Positions 54,699 through 64,000 of a stretch of 64,000 bases of DNA are shown piece after piece. Source of the DNA: Octopus vulgaris. Taxonomy: Eukaryota. Numbering within the stretch: the first letter of the stretch is position 1; every line of letters begins with the position of its first letter. The position numbers and the translations under genes are program-made. The stretch is taken from the NCBI GenBank assembly GCA_951406725.2, contig OX597827.1, positions 17,918,001 to 17,982,000 on the forward strand, in the 5' to 3' direction. Under the pieces are notes generated by a model that saw only the letters and a list, made by a program, of their open reading frames with translations, was not told the origin of the DNA and ran no database searches.

Positions 54699-55008
54699 AT
54701 CTTCCTCTCATCTCATCAGCTTAAATTCGACGTATGTTTCGTCACCTGACGCAAGCTAATGAATGGAAAAATCGAACAATTCTATGTACTTTAAAATCTA
54801 TCTAGTTCCTCTTTCCGAGTTCTTCCATTCATCTGTTTTTGTCGCCGGAAGGATTATATATATATATAGAGAGAGAGGTGGTCAGTAGCAACATGGTGAA
54901 TATATAAGCTTCCGTCAAATAAACACACTACTACTTAAGCTACCTACCATTTCTCTCTAATTTCTACATTCAAACGCATACTAGTTCCTACACACGTATA
55001 TAAATATA

Positions 55009-55403
55009 CTAGCAGTATCGCCCGGCGTTGCTCGGGTTTGTAAGGGAAATAACTATATAAGCATTTTTAGAGAGTTATAGTCAAAAAATAGCAAAAAAAT
55101 GCATTAAAAATGGAAAAAAATTATGGTAAATTTTTTTTTAATCGTTGACTCATCGCAGACATTTTTAGAGAGTTACTTCCCTTATACCATAGCGAAAACA
55201 ATGCATTAAAATGGAAAAAAATGATGGTAATTTTTTTTTAATCGTAGACTCATCGTAGACGCGCGCTAATACCCAGAAGGGCTCGATATGAATCACGACT
55301 ATAAGATACCCGGTTTTGGTTAAACTGCACCGCAAAATGTGGGAGTAGTTAGGAATCTAAATCATAGGAGACAGACACACAACCTTACTTTTATATATAA
55401 AGA
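55009..55403 (-). mobile_element. Non-autonomous Helitron, complete
   Basis: Minus: a|TCtttatatataaaag ... hairpin cccgagcaacgccggg ... CTAG|t; no TSD; internal ~95 bp tandem duplication. Confidence 0.85.
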
Positions 55404-56020
55404 TAAATATGCATGTGTGTGCGTCTTTATGTGTGTATGTGCGTGTGTGTGTGTGTGCGCGCGCGTATTTGTGGATGTGCGTAACTTAACATTCTAACAA
55501 TAGACTAGATAATATTCTTCCTGGCGCCAATTTTCCTGGTTTCAGGTGTAGGTTAAAAAGCCTCAGATGCCTCTTATTATTCAAGAGAGACAGGTATCAT
55601 AATTAACACTTGTCTACGAACAAGAAATCTTAGAGTCATTGTGATTAATTTCTAAAGACAAGGAACTAATAATTTTTTCTACCAGTCCCCGCTCGTAGAG
55701 TGTGTACAATGAATCTGTTCGCGTATGAAATTAATGGATCTGATTGGTTGCTGGCTTAAGTCATTCAGGGGCGAGATACGTAGGCTAAAAAAATAAACTC
55801 TAGAAAGGCAAAAACTTATAACAAATATTTTGTACTCTTATTTTTTCGTCGACTGGACCTTTCGCACAAAATAAATTCAACCGAAAAAAATATTCCGTTT
55901 GTGTCGCAGAAATTGTTGCCAGATGTAAGAGCAGCTTCTGATTGGCTGATGGACGAAGTGGTACGTTTTCTGAGCTGGCAAACATGCAGCGAAAAGAATT
56001 TTAAGTTTTGGTACGAATTA

Positions 56021-56529
56021 CCGTAAATCCTCGATTATAATCCACATTTTTCCCCAAAATTTAACGGTCAAAATCACTAGTACGAGGTTAAAAATGAAAA
56101 TTACTTTCTAAGCAATGTCCGAGTCTCTATTTGCTGTCCGGCAATGTTTATTCAGACGCATTTTGTGATGTCGGGCGCGAAAATACCTTAAGCTATGCCT
56201 GAAAGCAATGAAGTCATAAAAGAATCATCCATAACTTGCAATAAGCAACATTTATTAAACGTTATTACTGTTATTACTGTTATTTCTTTATTTTCTGCAA
56301 ACAAAATGCACAAAAATGCTACACGTTTGCATTATGTTATATATACAATAATAATAACGGACGTTACCATATAGAGTTTTACAAACCAAGGACGTTATAA
56401 AGACCTCCTTGACTCAAGTTAGAGAAGGGGTGCGTATTATACATAAGGTTTAAGTTTTTCAGAGGTACAGCCCCCTAAAAATCCCCTGCGTATTATACTC
56501 AAGGGCGGACTATACTCGAGGATTTACGG
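56021..56529. mobile_element. MITE, Tc1/mariner-pogo type
   Basis: TA|ccgtaaatcctcgattata ... tatactcgaggatttacgg|TA. Confidence 0.88.
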
Positions 56530-56839
56530 TATGTTCAGCGCTCATTAAACTGATAAAGTGGTACTTTATTTGTACCACCCAGCTTGAAATAGTTAAATAT
56601 ACACTCCTAGCGTTTCTAATTTCTTCGAATTCAGCATTGCATTCCATATATTTTTTATCTTTTCGCTGAATTGACATCGTCGCTAAAATTTTGGGTGGCA
56701 TATCCCCTAAAAGTATTCAAGGGTGTTTTAACTGAAGAAATGGCGTTTTATGAAAACATGAACTTGCATGTATTACGTGTCAAGTTACATGATGTACCCG
56801 TGTTATAATAAAATCCATTATGGAAACGTATATAATCGG

Positions 56840-57168
56840 CACCCCGTCGGTTACGACTACGAGTGTCCCGTTGATCGGATCAGATCAACGGAACAGCATG
56901 TTCATGGAATTAACGTGCAACTGGCTGAGCATTCCACAGACACGTATACTCTTAACGTAGTTCACAGAGAGATTCAGCGTGACACAAATTAGGACAAGGC
57001 TGACCTTTTAAAATATAGGGACTGCTCATTTTTGCCAGCTGACTGGAGCGAGGTAAGATAAAATGTTTTACTGAAGGACACACCACGCCGCTGGGAATTG
57101 AACTTACGACCTTATGATCGTGAGCCAAATATTCTAATCACTCAGCTACGCGGCCACGCGCCTTCACG
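56840..57168 (-). mobile_element. SINE family D, diverged
   Basis: Reverse complement of 11319-11645. Confidence 0.8.
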
Positions 57169-57414
57169 CATTGAAATGTATATGAACACACACACACTAC
57201 ACATTGTCCGTGTTATCATACATATGGTGGCTGCCCCCTCATTATCGAGTATGGCCATTGCACGAAGCTTAATCAATGTTGTTATCGTGCAATGCCTGAG
57301 CAAGAAGATTTTTTTTAAGTGAGGAAAGGCTGTGCACTGAGTCAATCCCACTCACTAAGCAACAGCAGCCATAATCCAAAAGAAGAACAAGTCAACATCA
57401 TCGGTAACCACTGA

Positions 57415-57775
57415 GCTGCAGGTTTTATGTCGGAGTTATCCCAGTTACCTGAGTTACCTTCTCCTAGAAGGATGCCCTAACAAAGGCTAGGAGTCCTTCA
57501 CTCCCAATGGTTTAACCGCACGATCGGGTATTCAGTCCGATTATTTCTATGTCACCGCGCATGATACAGCCTTAAGACATTTATTGGATGGCCGTTGACT
57601 CTCAAGAGTTCCTCCGCCCTTTGACGGGTTTTGTTTTTCATTCCGCAGGGTGTCCAATAAAAACCCTCCTCACCAAGCAAGCTTGGTGGGGTTGCCGGTT
57701 TAGTTCGACGACCCGACCATGCAACAGGTTATACTGGGTCACATGTTACCAGTAGTACTCGAAAGTGACCTGACT
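57415..57775 (-). mobile_element. Possible RTE-type LINE 5' UTR remnant
   Basis: ctagcctttgttagggcatccttctaggagaaggtaactc resembles recalled RTE 5' UTRs; weaker relative at ~63315-63385. Confidence 0.35.
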
Positions 57776-57844
57776 TATAGATACATTCATACATGCAAGT
57801 GTATCTATCGAGAGAAATATTCATATACACAAATCCAATGACAT

Positions 57845-58565
57845 ACAGGGCCCGCCCAAAACAAGTATACACACATGAAAGAGAAACGTGAAGAAATGTT
57901 CTAATACTAAATTTATTCAGATATCGAGGGATAATTACAAGTTAACTTTAACCTTTTCTGCATTTTTTTTTTTTTTGCACGTAGACAAAGCAATTAATTT
58001 AACAGGGGTCAAAGTCTGGTGTGGAGTGTCATCAAAAAGTTTTAAAAGGCCAATTTTCCCTGAAGGTACTGTCACTGGTCAAGCGTAACTAGACATATTA
58101 CGCACTTCCGTTTTACCTGCCAAGTATGCATTTTATTGAAATGAGGAATTTTTCTTTCAACGAAGCGACCCTTCGCCATGCTACTGCCGAGACGTGTGAA
58201 CTTACCTGGTTGACAATTTTAAAAGGGCACAGGATAGGACGAGAGGTTGAAGTTGAGTTCCTTGCACATTGTCCTGATGCATCACCGACAGACATTTACG
58301 TATGGGTAACCCTAAGGGAATAGTGAACCGCTGAAAACCAGCCACACTGACGGCCCTTCGGTGAGAAGTCTTAACGGCACGTGCAGGAATCCCACTAAAA
58401 AGTGTCTGAGAGATAATGGCCATTACTTTAAGCACCTCTTGTAATTGTAGAGGTTAAAGGTAACCTTTATCAATCCCGTGATCACTGAATGAATTCAATA
58501 CTGAAATATTTCGACACGTTCTTCTTTTCTCGAAGTGTGTATAGATTTTCTTGGCAGGCACAATA
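57845..58565 (+). pseudogene. Decayed Tc1-family transposon
   Basis: GVKVWCGVSS...PIFPEGTVTG and IGR...HCPDASPTDIYVWVTLRE resemble V.VWCG...GP.FF.GTV and SPDL.P.DF.LWG.LK; degenerate TIRs. Confidence 0.65.
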
Positions 58566-59174
58566 TATACACACACGCAGAAACACAAACATATACACAC
58601 ACATACATATACGCGTTAATAATCAAGGTACAAGACCAGCTGCATTGAGGGGAGGGAATATTCCATACGATCGACCCCAACATACAACTGGTACTTTATT
58701 TTATCTGCCACGGAGGAATCACGGAAGAAACGTTGCAATCCTCCACTCACATACATACTTTAATATTACACGCTCATACACACAGATGTATGCATGCGTG
58801 CATGCATACACGGATGCACGCACGCGCGCACACACACACAGACACACACACACACGCACACACACACACGCACGCACGCACTCACACACACGTACGCACG
58901 CACGCTCACATGCACACACAGGCTTGCATTTATACATGTGTATGTGTGGTTCTTCTACCTGTAATAATTTTGATCAAGGTTTCGTTGAGTGGCGTGGAAA
59001 TAGCTCGAAGGGCCTGGGAAGTGCCAAGCAAATCACTTCCCAATGGTTCTGGAAGTCGCCATCGGTTCGTGATCCCCACCTGCTTTCTCATTCGTAGTTT
59101 GTTATTCATGGTGTTCTGCAAGAAAAAAAAACAAACATACATCACATTTAATATAAGTGCAGACATATATGTAT

Positions 59175-59266
<92 letters not shown>

Positions 59267-59287
59267 GGTAGTAGTAGTAGTAGTAGT

Positions 59288-59349
<62 letters not shown>

Positions 59350-59435
59350 CAGCAGCAGCTGCACAGTAGCAGGAGGAGGAGAAGAAGAAGAAGAAGAAGA
59401 AGAAGAAGAAGAGGAAGAGCAACAACAACAACAAT
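59175..59435 (+). repeat. Compound (TAG)/(CAG)/(GAA)/(CAA) microsatellite
   Basis: Direct reading. Confidence 0.95.
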
Positions 59436-59778
59436 GGATGAATGAACGAACGAAATGAGATGTAAGCAAAGATTCTAATAATGCAAGAAGTTAAAAAAAC
59501 TTTATATTTCGGGCACAAAGACCCATCTTCAGAAGAATGCGGTTAAAGAAATGTGTATTTACATAGATACTGCTTTTATGGATAATGTAGTGCTTTGTGC
59601 TAGTAGCAGCAGCAGCAACTTTCCAAATATTGATGTGGTTGGTACCATAGTGGTCACGTTGGGGACGATAGTGAAGACTAACTGTAAGTTGGCTGGAGCG
59701 GCGGTGGTGAAGGCGGCCGTCCGTTATGGTGAGTGCCATAGTGGTAGTGGTAGTGGTGGTAGTATATATATATATATA

Positions 59779-60480
59779 CGAAGTCTGATCAATAAGTATA
59801 TGGACTGTTGGCATAGTAACGAAGCTACAGAGGAAGTAGTCATGGCGATACCTGCTCCGAAGCCTAAGCAAAGTCGCAGAAAGTGTATGGAGAGGAGTGC
59901 ATGAGCCGCACACAAGTGTTACGAGTGGTTCAGACGTTTCCAAGATGGCCGGGAAAAATCTTGATATTGACGAACGTTCTGGAAATCCCGCAACCAGTAG
60001 AACTGAGGAAACCATCGCAGATGTGCTTGCAGCTGTGAGGGAAAATCGTCGAATCACCATCCGTGGGTTATCAGAGGATGTGCAGATTAGTTACGCTTCT
60101 GTTAAGTCCATTATCGCTGAAGATTTGCGTATGAAACGCGTGTCTGCCAAGTTTGCGCCAAAACTGCTTTCAGCTGATGAAAAAGTCACTCAGGTTTCAG
60201 CTGCACAAGATTTCCTTGATTGTGTCGAGAATGATGAAAACTGTTTGAAAACTGTGCGTAGGGCTCTGAGCAGCTATCGCCAAGCTTTTAGCAAAATTTG
60301 ATGCAGATTCTCGGCTCAACTTTCTCTGTCATGATCAATGTGACGATCACACGCTTCCTTCCAAGCACTGCTGTAAACAGTGGAAGTAAGCCAAAACGTT
60401 AAAACTTAGTGCGCTTGCACAGCAGAGATGAAGGTCAATCTGCTATGGTAGTATTCCGGATACTTATTGATCAGATTACA
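59779..60480 (+). mobile_element. Internally deleted mariner element retaining the HTH region
   Basis: TIRs tctgatcaataagtat / atacttattgatcaga with TA flanks; DERSGNPATS...RENRRITIRGLSEDVQISYASVKSIIAEDLRMKRVSAKFAPKLLS. Confidence 0.9.
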
Positions 60481-60513
60481 TATATCTATCAATCTATCTA
60501 TCTATTTAATAAT

Positions 60514-60568
<55 letters not shown>

Positions 60569-60605
60569 CATAGATACATAGATAGATACATAGATAGATA
60601 GATAT

Positions 60606-60652
<47 letters not shown>

Positions 60653-60665
60653 CATAGATAGATAC

Positions 60666-60708
<43 letters not shown>

Positions 60709-60712
60709 TATG

Positions 60713-61090
60713 CTCTTTACTCTTTTACTTGTTTCAGTCATTTGATTGCGGCCATGCTGCAGTACTGCCTTTAATCGAGCAAATCGACCCCAGAGCTTGT
60801 TCTTCGTAAGCCTAGTAATTATTCTATCGGTCACTTTTACCGAACCGCTAAGTTACGGGGACGTAACTACACCAGCATCGGCGATGTTGGAGGGACAAAC
60901 AGACACACAAACATATATACACACGTACATATACATATATATATGTAAACATATACGACGAGCTTCTTCCAGTTTCCGTCTACCAAATCCACTCACAATG
61001 CCTTGGTCAGCCCGAAGCTATAGTAGATGACACTTGCCCAAGGTGCCACGCAGTAGCACTGAACCCGGGACCATGTGCTTGGTAAGCACA
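60713..61090 (-). mobile_element. SINE family B
   Basis: Match lacking extreme 5' end; preceded by (GATA)n at 60515-60708. Confidence 0.85.
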
Positions 61091-61215
61091 TTTTTCAGTC
61101 AGTAAGTATAGTGCTTTAGTGGCTTCGAGTTAATTTACCTCTTATTTTAGTATAAGCGGTGCTAGTCAGCACCTTCCGTCACATTTGTGACCTCTGTTAA
61201 TATATATATCTATCT

Positions 61216-61292
<77 letters not shown>

Positions 61293-61299
<7 letters not shown>

Positions 61300-61414
61300 T
61301 AGTTATTGCGAAGCTAACATGGCAGTCCAGAAAAATATGACGAATGTTGCCGTTGATTAGCATTCGTCCTATTTTTCTGGACTGCCATGTTAGCTTGTCG
61401 ATAACTATTAATAT
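61293..61414. repeat. Hairpin, ~55 bp arms, abutting (TA)n
   Basis: atattaatagttat...gacgaatgtt / agcattcgtc...ataactattaatat. Confidence 0.9.
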
Positions 61415-61639
61415 CCGGTACCGCTGCCGTAGTCTCCTTTGGAGAGACTTAGAAATATATATACATATACAACGGGCTTCCATATAATTTCCTCCTCTAT
61501 CAAATTCACTCATAAGATATCGGTTGTTCTGTGGTTGCACTAGAAGTTATTTGCCCAAAATACCGCGCAATAGAACTGAATCCGAAAGCAAGTTGTTAAA
61601 AATCGAGCTTCGAAACCACAGAGATTTCTTAGTGCATGT

Positions 61640-62150
61640 TATAGAAAAAAATCCACATTTTGAAACAAATTTTCAATGGTCTTAGCTGAGACTTGTTTTC
61701 CATCACATTGCTGGCATATGCAATGCATTAAGAGAGGAAATCCGCTTTGCAATTTCATTTACATTAGATTGGCTTTGAATATTATCAACTTTGGATAAAA
61801 TTCCTATACAATTCTCTCTCGTCCATAATAAGCACTTCAATAACGTTTTGTACGATGCCTTAGTCACACGGTTGAAATTACGATATAATATCTAACGCCA
61901 AGAAAATTACTTTGACGTTCTTTAACGAGAATTTATTTCTGCATGCCATGCAACTGTCAACTAAATTAGCAACGCATTATTTTCTCACTTAGAAGCTAAA
62001 CACCACTTAAGAATCCAGTTGTGGTTTTATTATGAATAACTCTATTAATCCATGCATTTGCATTAGAACAGCAAATATTCTTACACCTTTAAAACGATAT
62101 AGTGGGTTTAAAATTTACCCCCATTATTAACTCGCGTTTTTAATCCTTTC
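61640..62150 (-). pseudogene. Decayed pogo/Tigger-like transposase
   Basis: NANAWI, LKNVKVIFL, FQPCD*GIV, ISSLNALHM...VSAKTIEN resemble DDE_1 motifs N.KAW, FLP.N.TS..QP.DQG.I, LDA.H...AW..V...TI.NCF. Confidence 0.65.
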
Positions 62151-62194
62151 ATATTAGTGCAACAGAGTATATTCTTCTCCGTTCATTTACTCTT

Positions 62195-62600
62195 TCTCTC
62201 TTTTACTCTTTTACTTGTTTCAGTCATTTGACTGCGGCCATGCTGGAGCACCACTTTTTAATCGAGCAACTCGACCCCGGGACTTATTCTTTTGTAAACC
62301 CAGTACTAATTCTATCGGTCTCTTTTGCAGAACCGCTAAGTAACGGGCACATAAACACACCAGCATCGGTTGTCAAGCAATGCTAGGGGGACAAACACAG
62401 ACACACAAACACATACACACACATATATGTATATACATATATACGACGGGCTTCTTTCAGTTTCCGTCTACCAAATCCACTCACAATGCTTTGGTCGGCC
62501 CGAGGCTATAGTAGAAGACACTTGCCCAAGGTGCCACACAGTGGGACTGAACCTGGAACCATGTGGTCGGTAGACAAGCTACTTACCACACAGCCACTCA
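62195..62600 (-). mobile_element. SINE family B
   Basis: Full-length match. Confidence 0.9.
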
Positions 62601-62650
62601 TTTAAATTCTTTTTTTTTTTTCTAAAAAACGAAAATGATGCAGCATTATA

Positions 62651-62713
<63 letters not shown>

Positions 62714-62717
62714 AAAA

Positions 62718-62787
62718 CTGTCCGGCGAACGGGAAGTGAAACTCTGAGTAACAGCTTTTATTATATTTCTGCTGCTTTTAAATAGAG

Positions 62788-62790
<3 letters not shown>
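62718..62790 (+). mobile_element. Short hammerhead-like remnant of the 10995 family between microsatellites
   Basis: ctgt-CCGGCGA-acgggaagt-GAAAC-tctga-GUA-acag...ctgctgcttttaaat. Confidence 0.65.
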
Positions 62791-62862
<72 letters not shown>

Positions 62863-63913
62863 GCGTGTGCGTGTGTATGTGTGTCTATGCAAATGTTGCA
62901 TTTATAACATGAATGTTTTATTTATTATTATCACTGGCTTACATATTTTACAATGAGTTTGTAGTTTTTTATAACAGTAAACTTGCCAAACGCACGCTAA
63001 ATATCTCAAGACTTTCGGAGTTTAATCTTCTGGGTGGAGTGATGTTGGCGTGTGTTGCTATCTCTTTATGTTAGGTAGGGACAGTATGATGGTAGTTTCT
63101 TCGTGTTGAAAGAACATGGGAGAAGAGCGGCTCACCCACAAATGGCTATGTAAATTGATCGTTGACGCTGCAGATCTTTTTTCTTCCTGCCTATGCTTCG
63201 TACTTTTTAAAGTGAGAGCCAGTCTGCGTAGTCGGTCCCATTCTTTAGACTTGGGGATCTGACCACAGTGGTTCAGCGGTTTAAGATGCTTGCAGTGGCC
63301 AGCAAACAGGATTTTATATTGGAGTGGTTTTCTCCTTGATGAATTGCCTCATGGGGCTGGAGACTTCTACCAACCCGGGAGTTGCCTGAAGTGTGTCAAT
63401 GAAGACAACGGATCACCTGTGCATTTCCACTCCCTAATTTTTCTTGTGGTTGACTCCCCTAGCGTTTTTCTTTCATAAGGCCCTCACAAGGCAATGAGGA
63501 AGGCCAGTGTGACTGGCACTGATATATCGCTACTTGAATACATTTAAATATATTTAAATAGATCTGCCGTTAGATATGCATATCTTATCAGTTAGGTGAA
63601 TATTTTAGTTTGTATCTAATATGTGTCATCTCTATGTTTATTTCACTGTTGTACTGCGGTATTAGTATCGTCATCTTCATTAAACGTCTGTAAATTATAA
63701 GTTTGAGAAGTTTACCTTTTTTCTAAACAAGCTGCAAGGAACTTACGTATGAAAACTGACAAAAAGTATAATAAAAAAAATAGGAAACTAGAAAACATTC
63801 GCATTAGTTCCAAAGGTTACAGCTACATATGAATTTCATATTTTTGCATAAATTATGTACAGGAGCCTCTCTTTGAGTATGAGTAACTGTCACCTTCAAG
63901 ATATAAAGATACA

Positions 63914-63977
<64 letters not shown>

Positions 63978-64000
63978 CATATGTATTATATATTATATAT

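Noticed and set aside
57415-57775. HDV-like ribozyme in the putative RTE 5' UTR
   Set aside because: Could not build the nested double pseudoknot by eye
61655-61725. YASNVMEKQVSAKTIENLF as a BTB/BACK exon
   Set aside because: Wrong order for the gene; belongs to the pogo/Tigger transposase remnant

Overview
AT-rich, microsatellite-saturated eukaryotic DNA. The tRNA-derived SINE families and (TA)n/(CA)n/(TAA)n density point to an octopus (coleoid cephalopod) genome; this is inferred from recalled repeat families, not a database search. Nearly all ORFs in the supplied track are translated microsatellites. The only host gene I can support is on the minus strand: three exons with canonical splice sites (48958-48873, 32115-31825, 30930-30813) that join in frame into a BTBD16/germ-cell-less-type BTB domain, so at least 30.8-49.0 kb is mostly intron. 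The rest is transposon debris: four modular SINE families, R4/Dong-like RLE LINE pieces in (TAA)n/(ATG)n, RTE pieces, mariner/Tc1/pogo/piggyBac/Chapaev-like remnants and two non-autonomous Helitrons. The most notable signal is about 14 type-I hammerhead-ribozyme-like motifs in short Penelope-like (PLE) terminal remnants. These sit in or next to (TA)n tracts and are often folded back into hairpins. Together they show all four Watson-Crick versions of the catalytic-core 3-8 pair (C-G, U-A, G-C, A-U). All folds were done by eye and no activity has been tested.
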